Part shown: in pieces, positions 1 through 12,000 of the stretch | Numbering within the stretch: the first letter of the stretch is position 1 | Layout of the letters: each line of letters begins with the position of its first letter | Origin: Pseudogymnoascus verrucosus | Lineage: Eukaryota | Length of the DNA stretch: 20,000 nt | Assembly (NCBI GenBank): GCA_001662655.1 | Contig: KV460210.1 | Direction: 5' to 3' (one strand) | Notes under the pieces: model-generated | The model's input: only the letters and a program-made list of their open reading frames with translations | Told to the model about the DNA's origin: nothing | Databases searched by the model: none | Position numbers and translations under genes: made by a program

Positions 1-3000
1 AAAATTGCAAAAGCCAGAGAAGAAGAGGCTGCCTTCCCACGTGGAGGCGCAAGCGTCCTAACACCTCTGGAGCACAAACAGATTAACATCGACGCGACCA
101 GAGATGTCCTGTTCGAACATGAGACCGCATCAAGGGCGAAAGCTGATGGGGATTCAGAAGCGGCTACTACCCATGGAGGGAAGAAGCGCAAGCAAAAAAG
201 CAAGGGAACCAAGGACGCAAATGTGAAGGGGGACGAAGGTGACGACATAAGGATCGAGGGTCTAAGTTACAAGGTTAGTACCTCTCTTGAGCAGGCAAAT
301 GTGGTTTATGCTAATGTCGAACAGCGCCTCGTCCCAGGGTCATTGGTACTTGGGCAAGTCTCGAAAATAAATATTCATGATATAGCTCTAGCACTTCCAA
401 ACAACCTAACTGGTTATGTCCCCCTAACCTCGATATCGGGGAAGTTGACGGAAAGGGTTGAAAGGTTGGTGGCAGCAGATGACGGAGCAAGCGACGACGA
501 TTCTTCGAGTATAGCAGATGACATTGATCTCAACGACCTATTCTCAGTTGGTCAGTACCTGCGAGCGTTCGTTGTTTCTACGAACGAGAGCAATGCATCT
601 GGCGCTGAGGTCGGGAAACGGCGCATTGAGCTCTCTCTTCAGCCTCAGCAAGCCAATAGCGGCATTACTGCGAAAGAACTGGCCCCGAACAGCATGATAA
701 TGGCATCAGTGGTCAGTGTTGAAGATCATGGTATTATTATGGACATTGGGTTGCAGAAATCTGCCATTGGAGGGTTCATGTCCTCCAAAGAGATCGGGTA
801 CGCCATCGAGATGAATACGATACAGGAAGGTGCAGTTATGCTGTGCATGATCACAGGCCTCAGTTCCAATGGCAAAATTGTCAAGTTGTCGGCAGACCTT
901 CAAAAGATCGCCAATTCTAAGAAGCCGACGTACTTGAGCGACGCACCGACTGTCGATGCCTTTTTACCGGGAACGGCGGTCGAATTTCTCCTCACAGATA
1001 TCACGCCCAGGGGTGTGGCTGGCAAGGTTATGGGCAGCATCGATGTGACAGCCGACTTAATACACTCTGGACTCGGTAACGCTGGAAAGGACCTAGAGAA
1101 GAAATACAAGGTCGGCAGCAAAGTCAAAGGCAGAATTATCTGCACATTCCCAAATGTTGAACCCAGGAAACTTGGCATCTCCCTACTGGATCATGTTATG
1201 TCCCTCTCGACACAGCAGGCACAGAAGAACGCACAGAAACACGATCCTCTTCAGATCCTCCCATTATCCAGCATCATTGAAGAAGCGACAGTCAAAAAAG
1301 TTCAACCAGGAATAGGCTTATTCGTTGACATCGGAGTTAAAGGGGTGAATGGTTTTGTGCATATTTCGAGGGTTGCAGATTCAAAAGTCGAAACACTTTC
1401 TGAATCAGTCGGGCCTTACAAAGTTGACTCAACCCACCGGGGCAGAGTTGTCGGGTATAACTCACTGGATGGAATCTATCTCGTGTCTCTGGAGCAGAGG
1501 ATCCTTGAACAGCCATTTTTGCAGATCGAAGACCTAACCATTGGCGAGGTTGTCAAGGGAAAGGTGGATAAGCTACTTATCAACGAAGCCGGTATTGGTG
1601 GCCTGTTTGTCAAACTTGCCGACGGTATCACCGGCCTTGTACCAGAAATGCATATGGCTGATGTCAAATTTCTTCACCCCGAGAAGAAATTCAAAGAAGG
1701 CCTTAGTGTCACTGCCCGTGTCCTTTCGACGGACTTGAGCAAGCGCCAGTTTCGCCTAACATTGAAAAAGGCGTTGGTTAACTCTGAAAGCCCCGTTTTC
1801 AAGTCATACGAAGATATTGAACCTGGCTCGCAAAGCCCGGGGACTATAATCAGCATTCTACCTGGCGGAGCAGTTGTCCAGTTTTATGGTACTGTTCGTG
1901 GCTTCCTACCAGTCTCGGAGATGAGCGAGTCATACATACAGGATCCTAGCCAACACTTCCGCGTTGGGCAAGTCGTCAATGTTCATGTCCTAAATGTTGA
2001 CCCTGCAGCCGCAAGACTCACAGTTTCCTGCAAAGATCCGGCAGCCTTTGGGCTCTCACAACAAAGTGCGCTGAAGAAGCTTCGAATTGGCGAAATAGTT
2101 TCCGCCACCGTGACGGAGAAGTCCAATGACGACATATCGGTTGAACTTGAACTCTCTGGTCTGCGGGCTATACTCCCTGTCGGGCATCTTACGGATGGCT
2201 CGGAGGCCAAAAACTTGTCAGCTTTCAAGAAGATAAGGGTGGGACAGACGCTCCAAAACCTGGCTGTCATTGACAAAGTCGAAAAGAACCGACTCATAAC
2301 TCTTACAAACAAGTCCAGCCTAGTTAAAGCAGCGAACGAGAGAACTCTGTTACGAGAGTTTGCCGATGTTAAGGAGAGCAAGATTGTGCATGGTTTTGTG
2401 AAGAACATCACACCTACAGCAGTTTTTGTCCAATTTGGAGGTGGAGTTACTGGGCTTTTGCCAAAGTCTAAATTACAAGATGAGGCTCAGACTCTGCATG
2501 ATTTTGGCCTCCGCCGCCTCCAATCATTGACGGCCAAGGTCCTCTCTGTTGATCAAAGCGAGAAACGATTTCTGCTGTCTGTCAAAGACATTAACATCCC
2601 GGTACCATCCGTCGATGGCGAGTTGGTACACCGTGGCGAATCCCAGAAGGCTGTTAACCCAGTTGATGAAAGCATAACTGCTGCGGAAGACTTTACGTTG
2701 GGCAGGGTCACGATGGCTAGGATCGCCTCGGTCAAAGAAACCCAAATTAATGTGCAGTTGGCCGACAATATCCAAGGCAGAATCGATGTATCTGAAGCTT
2801 TTGGATCTTGGGAGGAGATCAAAGACCGGAAGCATCCACTGAAGCAATTCTCTGCGAAACAGACTATCCCCGTTCGAGTTCTTGGTATCCATGATGCCAA
2901 AAACCATAGGTTCTTGCCCATCACCCACACAGCCGGCAAGACGGCAGTCTTCGAACTGTCTGCAAAGTTGGCTAAAACAACAGAGAGCGCACCAGAGGCT

Positions 3001-5315
3001 CTTACCCTTAATAAAGTGAAGGTGGGGTCATCTTGGATTGCATTTGTCAACAATGTGCGTGACGATTGCCTCTGGGTTAATATATCCCCCAACGTTCGGG
3101 GACGTATCGGCGCTCTTGACATCTCCGACGATGTATCCTTACTCAACAACCTCGAGTCAAAGTTTCCAGTTGGGTCTGCCATAAAAGTCAGCGTGACTGG
3201 GATTGATGTTGCAAATAACCGCCTGGACCTAAGCGGCCGATCAGCAAGAGGCAGCAGCAGTGCTTTGAGTTTCCAAGATTTAAAGAAGGATATGGTTGTA
3301 CCTGCAAGGGTCACTAAGGTCACAGAGCGTCAAATCATGGTCCAACTGAGCGATAAAGTCTCAGGGCCAGTGAACTTGACTGATCTTACTGATGACTTCT
3401 CCGACGCCAACCCAACAATCTATTCGAAAAACGATATTGTTCGCGTGTGTATCACAGACGTTGACGTCCCCAACAAACGCATAAGGCTCACAACAAGACC
3501 ATCCCGAGTTCTCAATTCCTCTCTACCTGTTAAAGATGCGGAAGTTTCATCTGTTGCGCAGCTGAAGGTGAATGATGTTGTCAGGGGCTTTGTCAAGAAT
3601 GTTGCCGAGAATGGCATATTCATCAGCCTTGGTGGGAACGTGACAGCCTACACTCGAGTATCCGACCTCTCCGACGCCTACATCAAGGAATGGAAGTCAA
3701 GCTTCCAGGTCGATCAGCTTGTCAAGGGAAAAGTGATAGCCGCCGATCCAGCCTTGAACCATGTCCAGTTGAGCCTAAAATCGTCTATTGTCGACAACGA
3801 TTATGTTGCACCTATATCACTTAATGACCTGGAGGTTGGCCAGACTATTACTGGCAAGATTCGAAAGGTTGAGGATTTCGGTGTGTTCATCGTTGTGGAC
3901 GGCTCGATGAACGTTAGTGGTTTATGCCATAGGAGTGAAATGGCTGAAAGTCGGGTCACAGATGTCAAGAAGCTTTACTCTGAGGGTGATGCTGTGAAGG
4001 CAAAGGTACTAAAGATTGAATTAGACAAGAGGCGCGTAAGCTTTGGTCTAAAAGCTTCATACTTCAAAGATCAATCCGAAAGTGACGAGGAAATGGATGA
4101 TGGCATAGAAGATGGCATGGAAGGAGTACAACTGGGTAGTGACGACGACGCAAATTCGGAAGAGGAGGATTCCGGCAACTTGGAGAGGCTTGACGCATCA
4201 GCCGCATTATCAGGAGATGATTCGGACTCCGATATGGAAGATGCTCCACAGAAACCAAGCGGTCTCCCACTCGAAGCGGGAGGATTCAACTGGACTGCGT
4301 CCACCCTGGATGATGCGGACCAGCAAATTGGTATAGATTCTGATGAAGAGGGGTTGGCAAGTGCGTCGAAAAAGAAGACACGCCGCAAGCCACTTATCAA
4401 GGTCGACCGTACTGGAGAGCTTGATGCCAATGGCCCACAGTCGACAAGTGATTTCGAACGGCTATTGCTGAGCGAACCGGATTCTTCACAGTTGTGGATT
4501 GAATACATGGCTTTCCAGGTGAAGCTCAGTGAACTTGCCAAAGCACGAGAGGTTGCAGAGCGAGCCATTCGAACCATCAACATGCGCGAAGAAGCGGAGA
4601 AGATGAACGTATGGATAGCCCTGCTTAACCTGGAAAATGCGTATGGAAGCGATGACACGACCGAAGAAGTCTTCAAACGTGCCTGTCAGTATAACGATGC
4701 TTTCGAAATCCATGAACGGTTGACAAGCATCTACATTCAGTCGGGCAAGCATACCGTAAGCTACAACTTCTACAGCCCTTTTCTAGTTTCAGAATTTGCT
4801 AACAATTACAACAGAAAGCCGATGAGCTCTTCCAAGTTCTGATCAAGAAGTTTTCGCAATATCCCAATGCCTGGTACAATTATGCGCATTTCCTGCATTA
4901 TACGCTGTCATCTCCAGATAGAGCATGGGCTCTTTTACCCAGGGCCATTCAGTCGCTACCATCGCATAACCACCTCAGTCTCACGATCAAGTTTGCAGCT
5001 CTCGAGTTTCACTCACCGCATGGCTCACCTGAACGAGGAAGAACGACATTTGAGGGAGTCTTGGCAACGTTCCCGAAGAGGTTGGATCTCTGGAATCAAC
5101 TTTTGGATCTCGAGATACAACAGGGTGATGAAGGCATAGTCAGGGCACTCTTTGAGCGAGTAGCCAGGAGTAAGGACTTGAAGCCGAAGGGTGCAAAGGC
5201 CTGGTTCAAGCGTTGGAGTGAGTGGGAGGGAAAGCACGGAGATGCCAAGAGCCAGGAGAAGGTTAAGGCAAAGGCAGTAGAATGGGTTCGCGCCACGGGA
5301 AGATTGGAAGGTTGA
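1..5315 (+). CDS. RRP5: rRNA biogenesis protein Rrp5 (tandem S1 domains, acidic linker, C-terminal HAT/TPR repeats); 5'-partial; exons <1..273, 325..4755, 4815..5315
   Basis: Frame 1 is open from base 1 and reads KIAKAREEEAAFPRGGASVLTPLEHKQI, the Rrp5 N-terminal FPRGG motif. Many S1-like repeats follow (e.g. GFVHISRV, GKIRKVEDFGVFI..GLCHRSEM). A D/E-rich linker precedes HAT repeats (DFERLLLSEPDSSQLWIEYMAF, EKMNVWIALLNLE). Splicing 4756..4814 continues the frame as KADELFQVLIKKF...ERGRTTFEGVLATFPKRLDLW to TGA at 5313-5315. Confidence 0.96.
274..324 (+). other. RRP5 intron (51 nt, phase 0)
   Basis: Donor GTTAGT at 274, branch GCTAAT at 310-315, acceptor CAG at 322-324. Removal gives IEGLSYK|RLVPGSLVLG. 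Confidence 0.85.
4756..4814 (+). other. RRP5 intron (59 nt, phase 0)
   Basis: Donor GTAAGC at 4756, branch GCTAAC at 4798-4803, acceptor CAG at 4812-4814. Splicing restores the HAT-repeat frame (QSGKHT|KADELF) and joins it to the 5061..5315 ORF. Confidence 0.93.
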
Positions 5316-5905
5316 GGATATATATATCGGTTGCATTAGCTAGTCAATACACGTTCATTCATTTTTAACATAAATATCGAGACATAAACGGACTGGGTCT
5401 TCAAAGTTGAGACGTCTGGAAGGCATTTATAAATACAAGCATGCGAGAATCCATATTTCTGTGCCATTTGGCACTATCGTGCATGCCAGCGATCATAATG
5501 CGGCGGTGAGTCTAGTTGCCACTACTTCTCATGTGAGAGCACACCTTTGCATTCATTCTTCCAATGCTCCCATGATAGATCCTCAATAGAACTTTTGAAG
5601 CCCGCTGAAAACGCAACCGTATATGCGAAGTAGAAACAACGAAGAAAGCATAGTTATGAGACAGCCTTAATGCAACGCGACATACTCGGTATCATTCATA
5701 CGCGCTATCCAAAGCCAAATCAGCAAGGAGTTAAGCGCACACACAAGATACCAGAAACGACAAACATGACCAAACGCCGAGTACAGATCCATCCACTGCA
5801 TATAGTACCGTCGTGTAAAGAGATTGGATCAGAAAATGCCCAACCCTTCATGGCTGCATATTTCGCTTCCCGCACTGCCCTGGACGCTGAATTAAAAACC
5901 TATGA

Positions 5906-8049
5906 TTAAATACCACGTGCGCCACCACGCTGGTTCTTTTTAGGTTTTGAGACCGTGCTCCAGCCGTCTTCCTCTGGAGCTTCTGCCACCTGCTCGGCAG
6001 CTGCGCCGGATGGTGGAGCTCCACCGTTGGCTCGTGGCCCTGGACCTCTGTTGGAATCGTTGCGAGGACCACGTGGTGGCCCATCACCGCGAGGACCCCT
6101 TGGGACATCGCCTCGAGGGGGCTTTGGGCCAGCTGCAGGGCGTCTCCAGGCACCGGTATCGGCGGGTTTCTGTTGAGCTGCCTCTTTAGGCTTAGAGTCG
6201 GTGGTGTCTTGAGTCGCAGCATCTTCGTCCAGGGTAAGACCATCCGCTTTCTTCACAATCTCTGCAGTTGCTGTGCCGTCATCAGTCTCGCCTTCGGTCT
6301 TTTCTGCCTTTGCAGCCTCCTTAGCGATGCGCTTTTCCTCGCGAGACTTGTCATCGGCCTCCTTTTTCTCCTTCAGCGCAGCAACTCGTTTCTCTTCGAT
6401 CTCCCTTTCTTTGGCAGCAGTGTCAATAGGACGTGCTGCACCGAATGGGCTAGCCTTAGCATCGCCAGAAGCAGATGCTGGTGAAGCCACGTCAGCTGCT
6501 TCAGACACTGTGCGCTTTGTCAGGTTCAGCTTTGGTCTTCCAACGGGGGCTGCAGAGGCTGTTGCGGGAGAAGCCGGGCCTTCACTACCATCCCTCGATG
6601 GCAGCGGCGAAGTCGCAGCTGGTGCAACTGGGGCGTCTGGCTTCATCTTTGTTCGCCATTGGCTATCCTGCTCTGCGGCGGTTGGGGCCCTATCAGCAAC
6701 TGGGCGCTCCTGAAACTCGCGTCTTGGAGGTCTCGAGCCATCCTGGGAGTCCTGGGTACGGCCCTCTCCCCATGCTGCTGGCGATGCTCTCCTATCTTTG
6801 AACCCTTCCGCACGCGGCCCATCAACTGTGCTGCTGCGGCCCCCTTCTCTAGTGCTCGTCTGGCGCTCCTGTTGGGGGAGTGGGGACAGTGGCCCACGAC
6901 GCTCCCAGTTGCCAAAGTCTCTGACCTTTCCATCATCCTGGGGGAATGGGTCACGGCGCTCTCTACGGTCACCGCCGGATTCCGAGCCTCCATCGCCAAA
7001 TGTTCTTCCAGATGCGAACCCTCTCTCAGGTGCTCGGCGGTCGTTTCCTCCGCGACCTGGCAGGTCGGGCAATGGTCCCTTGCGACTCCAGTCTCCCAAT
7101 TCACGAACATCTGGGCGATCACGATCTTTGGCTATATAGCAAGGGTGGTCAGCATGAGGAGGTACATGTAGGAACGGTTGTAAAACATACGTGGATCTGC
7201 GACGCTGACTCTGATGTTTCTGCCCTGGAATTGCGATCCCGAAAGTGCTAATGCCTTGATCAGGCCTTCGCGGGAACCAAACTCTGCATATCCAAACCCC
7301 TTGGGTTTCATTTCGAGCTTGTCTTCGATGATGCGAACATTGGTGCATTCGCAATCAGCAAAGAAATCTGTCACGTCTCCAACGGTAGCGTCGAATGAGA
7401 GGTTTCCTAGATGCACAGTATAAGGTGGCTTATCTGGGAGAGGTAATTCCTCTCTGACAGAGTATCCTGAATCGCACTGTTAGCAGGTGCATGGCTCCTT
7501 GGCATATTCCAAATTAGAGTGACGAACCAGCTAGGTTACCACTTCCGAAGGTAGTGTTTGTAGAGCCGTAAGTTCGCTTTTCGGCGCCATATCCAGCACG
7601 AGAGTCTATTGAATCAGCATAATCCAAGCCTGTAAAATAAGTCGCCCGGAAGGGGTTGGTGATATGGGTTCCATGTGTGCCATTTTCGGGGTTTTGGGAC
7701 GGGCAAACATACCGGCTATAAACGATTAGCAAGCTGAAATTATTGAGAGGGTCAATTCCAAAAATAAAAAAGAAAGATATACTCACAGACTGGCATATCC
7801 TCCATCTCATCAGCCCAGGACCCAAGTTCTGTGCCGTATTAGCGATGTAACATCTAGACATCTCCATATATAGCTTACTCTCATCAGTCATGAAGGCCCC
7901 GAGGGACATCTTCTGCTGTTCCTTCTTTTTCGGACCTGCAGAATATGTTGTCAGCTCCATGCTCATCTCCAGATAGGCCGGCCTCAATTGATCCTGCTTC
8001 GAAGCGGCCAAAGCGAGACCGGTCCAGGTGGGCAAAGTCACTCACCCAT
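5906..8049 (-). CDS. TIF3: Translation initiation factor eIF4B (RRM plus R/D/G-rich repeats), about 561 aa; predicted coding exons 8049-8046, 7935-7879, 7828-7787, 7715-7713, 7605-7528, 7466-7191, 7131-5906
   Basis: The spliced translation reads MGPKKKEQQKMSLGAFMTDEKLGSWADEMEDMPVSDSRAGYG...GYSVREELPLPDKPPYTVHLGNLSF (RNP2)...KPKGFGYAEF (RNP1)...RNIRVSVADPPKDR...DWSRKGPLP...NWERRGPLSP...RPKLNL...ASPFGAARPIDT...DGWSTV...RGGARGI*. These are fungal eIF4B motifs. The start context is CAATC-ATG-G. Exon lengths sum to 1686 nt (562 codons including the stop). Every intron has a GT donor, a GCTRAY branch and a YAG acceptor. Confidence 0.92.
7713..7715 (-). other. Candidate 3-nt microexon (CCG) of eIF4B
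   Basis: The minus strand reads GCTAAT-cgttta-TAG|CCG|GTATGT. A branch point (7730-7725) and acceptor (ending 7716) sit 3 nt before a consensus donor (7712-7707). Confidence 0.75.
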
Positions 8050-9086
8050 GATTGCGGATATAGAAAAAATGCGCGGGAACAAGTTGTAACGGGCGGTGTT
8101 TAATTAGAGCGCTGAAGGAAGTTCTGTTCTGTCCTTCGGGTTGATGTTTATCGTGTGAATCCCCAGTGTCCGATGTGGATGTGATTCTGGGAGCGAGGGG
8201 TGGATTAGAGTGATCGAAATCTCCGAATTGAGATGATGCTTTTTTTGATGGGTTTTAGTGAATAATATCAGGTGCAAGGAACCCAACGCACGTGCACGGT
8301 CTGTACTTTTTAAGCGAGAGAAAGCCTGGTTATAAAGCGGTAGTAGTGGTGTTTTGGTGGTGGCGGGTGGCATTTTAGTACTTCTAAGGTGTCGGTAAGG
8401 CTAACACTGGCGAAGTCTCAGTGTTCAGTCACGTGATATTATGCACCAGACTACCTTGGCCACACTTTGCCCACAGCTTGTTACTTGCCTACAGCAATTT
8501 AACTTCGCCAAGCCCTACTAGGACTAGGCTCAACTCTACCAAGCTCCCTTGGGAGTACACACCTGACGATCAACAAGCCCATACATACTCCGTAGTTACT
8601 CCAAACCTACGAAATAATTATACCACTGCTGCAAGACAGCTATAGAGAGAGTATTTCTTTATTTCGCGCATCCCCAAAACAACTCCAAATCAGTCCGCTC
8701 TGTACTCTACTCTACTCTACTCTACTCTACACTACCTTCATACATGTCTGCCCATATATGTTGCCTTGCTGGACAATGATGGAAATCAACTATACTTCTG
8801 ACCTACTTATCTTTCAAGCTCGTTCATAGTCCGTCCATGCGCCCATCCACTCAACATACCACGCGAATTGCTTTACTTGGACCATGACCATACGTTCCGA
8901 ATCCAAAGAGCTACCAATGATCCCCGGCCCAGTGACAACTCTGGCTCAGTGGTGATACTGGCCTGGCAACTACGGGCTGGGCTACCGACACGCGCCTGCT
9001 CCTGCTGTATTCCGGGCCATCCTATGAAGTCGCTGATCTGAAGTAGGCCTCCTACAGTCCATGGCGTACGAGTCCTGCCCGACAAA
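8050..9086. promoter_or_regulatory. Divergent promoter/5'UTR region shared by eIF4B (-) and FMP27 (+)
   Basis: The start codons face away from each other about 1.04 kb apart. The region contains GTCACGTGA (8428-8436), GCACGTGC (8288-8295) and a pyrimidine-rich microsatellite. Transcription starts cannot be placed from sequence alone. Confidence 0.6.
8703..8730 (+). repeat. (TACTC)5.6 pentanucleotide microsatellite
   Basis: Seen directly: tactc x5 followed by tac. Confidence 0.9.
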
Positions 9087-12000
9087 ATGGCCATCCTAAG
9101 CCCCTCCTTTGTATTTGGGATTGTGGTGCTCCTCTACCTCTCGTCGTTCATCCTCTTCGCAGTGCTACGCATCGCCACCGGCATATCCATCCAACGTATC
9201 GGTTATTTGTCTCTGAGAAGACTGGCATACACACCAAGAGATGGTATAAGAGTGGAAATCCGCGGGTTGGGAATCAATCTTCATCGTCCAACATTTGCCC
9301 AGCCGACCTGGCTAAGCATTGTTGTGACTGAACTTGCCGTGACGGTTGATATCGAAGCCTTGGAAACACAAAATAAGCAGAAGCTCAAAAACATCATAGA
9401 GCTAGGCCAAGATGCTGCTGAAAATTCGGACCATACCCCTGAACCTCAGGCTGCGAAAGGCTGGTCGAAATACCATGGCAAAGGCGCCAGCGAAAGCCAG
9501 CGGAAGAGTTGGGACGAACTTAAAAAACTGAAGGAAAGGGTCAAGCGCCTCCATCGCAGTATTGGGTGGCTTCGAATGGTTGATATTGTGGCTACCAACT
9601 CATCAATCACGATCTTGGAAGTGGGAACTATCCAAATTGGTAGTTACACCGTTGCCGTCGATACGAGGCGGAAAATGGTCGACCAGGGGCACATATTCTC
9701 ACGAAAGAAGCAGCAAGAGAAACATCAGCGGCCAGCCGAATGGACGGTCACCATGCGAAGTGTGCTACTCACTGCCGAAGGGAACGAGTCGTTGGAGGTC
9801 CTGGATCACGCAGCTCTCAACATAAATGGCCTGCTTTACAAGGAGGTTGACGGACTACACGAGGCATCAATTGAACTTAAGCTAGGAAGGCTACATATCC
9901 CCGTGGACGATATAGAGACGTGCCTATCCTCTTACCGCAATCGCTCTAAGCTTTTCTCAAGGAACCGCAGTGAAACAGATTCGGCCTCTGACGCGCTGGT
10001 GGCAGATTTCAAGGTCGACGCGAGTGCAGAATGTGATACAAACGTAGAGAACACTTCGGATTTCAACGAATTTCTCAGTTCAATCCTCAGAGGAATCAAG
10101 GAAATACAATTTGCAGTCACCCACATTGGACTTGCGAAGAAGATTCGAAATGTTCAGCCCGGCAACGGCCCTCTATTTTTTAATGCTTCCATGAAAGAGG
10201 TCGGCATAGATGTACATCGATTAGACCCCAAGTCTCCAGACCATCGCATGTACTTCTCTTCACAAACTGTGGCACATCAAGCTCTCTTGGCGGCGCTTTC
10301 TGTTTCTATTGGCGTTGATGATGGCCATGGAAAGTCAGACCGCCTAGTATACATACCGATGACTACCACAACGATAAGAACCACCTTACCTTCCAAGATT
10401 GTTGGGTTTAAGGGAGTCCAAAGTGCCGATGAGCGCAATGCAAATATCTTGTTTGCCAACATAGTCATCACTTCTCCGTCGGTTGACCTTGACCCGAAAC
10501 ACCTTCCGCTTCTCATGGCGATCATGCAACCACGTCCAAAATCAACTTCCCGATCAGGCCAAGGAAGCCGCGAGCTAATTTCAAAGTTCCTACCCAAAGC
10601 GAACGTCAAGTTTTCTATGCATGAGCCAGTATTCCGCATAGCACTACCTCCCGTGGAAAAGGATGCTGACGAAGACGACTTTGATCTCATTATATCGTCC
10701 ATTTCCTCGGTGTCGTTGGACCTAGAATCATCTCATTCTGCTGAAGGAGATATTCACTATGCGCTAGCATCCACATTCAGAGTGCAATCACACGATTTGT
10801 ACTACCAGACAGCTTCTGCAGCTCGCTATGATTTGCTTCAGACAGAGTCTATGGAGATCAAAGTACAGGTGAACGCAAGCCCTGAAGTTAACGTGATAGC
10901 TTCCGGCAGTCTTCAGACATTCTCGGTCCGAATGATCCGCCCAGAACTAAGTGAGGGCATCCGCGAGATTGTCCACCAACTTAGGACTAACGTGGAACCC
11001 GATAAAAAGGCGAATCCTAAAACGTCGAAAGACCCCAACTTCATCAGGGCTCTACCACCGTGGCTACTCCACTTTCAATTCCATGCTTCGAATTTCAGCG
11101 CCGAGGTCGCTGGTGTTGACGGGGATATTTCGAATGATATACGCGGCGTTGCTTTACAATTGGAATCATGGACAGCGGAATATCGAGCACACAAAGGGAA
11201 AATTGCAGACCGGAACCCACCCCGTAGACGGGCCAGCAGCAGATCGTTAACACCCGATACCGACCACCACAGAAGCGACTCTCAAACCATAGAGCACAGC
11301 CAAGACCCGACTGATGGACGATGCTTAACGATCAGCGTTTGCGGCCTTGAAGGATTTGTCGTTGAATCTGCAGAAAAATGGGAATTCGAGTCTTTTCTTG
11401 CCATGCCACAATGCAATGTTACCGCTTCTACGTCCACTGATACCCAGGGGCCTCTATTCCATGTCAATTCGCATGTCAGGACACTATTGATCCAATATTC
11501 GTTATATCGGCACTATGCCATTGGCGTCGCAGCAACTGTATTTCGAAAGGCATTTGTTCGCACCAAAACGAATGTTGATATTATACGTCCCTCGCTGGAA
11601 GGTACTAGGGACATCAATGGCCTAGACTACCTGTCCCCAATGCAGTTTCCACCCAACATTAACAAACGCAACCTCCCAGAGCACAAACTGCGATTGAACG
11701 AACTGGTAACAATTGATGCCAAGTTTGGCTTAATTCAAGTAAAGGCTAATATGCCCGCTGACCCACCTATGATGCTGCAAGTGTACGGTGTGGAAACTGG
11801 TCGCCGGCGATACTCACCACCCTTCCTAAACTGCAAGCTTGCGCGACTCTACGTTGAAGCACCTAAGATGAAGCGGGTATGGGCTCGCCTCGCGAGTATC
11901 AAAACAGGGAAGGTTAACTTGCGGCAAATGAGGCAACAACTAGCCTCTGGATCTTCCGTGGAAGATAATGTTATTGAAGTCAGCACAGAAGCCATACGGC

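Noticed and set aside
1983..4676. Long antisense ORFs inside RRP5 (e.g. 2553..3323, 4071..4676)
   Set aside because: They are antisense shadows in register with the sense codons and show no independent protein features.
223..4842. ORF-track 1539-aa protein starting at GTG 223 and ending at 4842
   Set aside because: The frame is open and Rrp5-like from base 1, so the true start is upstream of the window. The end at 4842 comes from reading into the 4756-4814 intron.
5906..7354. 482-aa minus-strand ORF as a standalone gene
   Set aside because: Only 7131-5906 is coding (the last eIF4B exon). Its N-terminal part is an off-frame reading of the RRM exon plus intron 6.
5947..7423. Many overlapping plus-strand ORFs antisense to eIF4B
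   Set aside because: These are expected shadows of GC-rich, low-complexity coding sequence, and they contain no recognisable motifs.
7606..7790. Spliceosomal twin intron (stwintron) as an alternative to the microexon
   Set aside because: Removing either intron does not rebuild a split donor, branch or acceptor (e.g. GTCT+CC is not a donor). Two ordinary introns around 3 nt is the simpler model.
7514..8041. 175-aa minus-strand ORF running through eIF4B introns 1-4
   Set aside because: It is a chimera of real exons and intron sequence and reads the SWADE exon out of frame. Introns 2+3+4 sum to 228 nt, which restores the frame, probably by chance.
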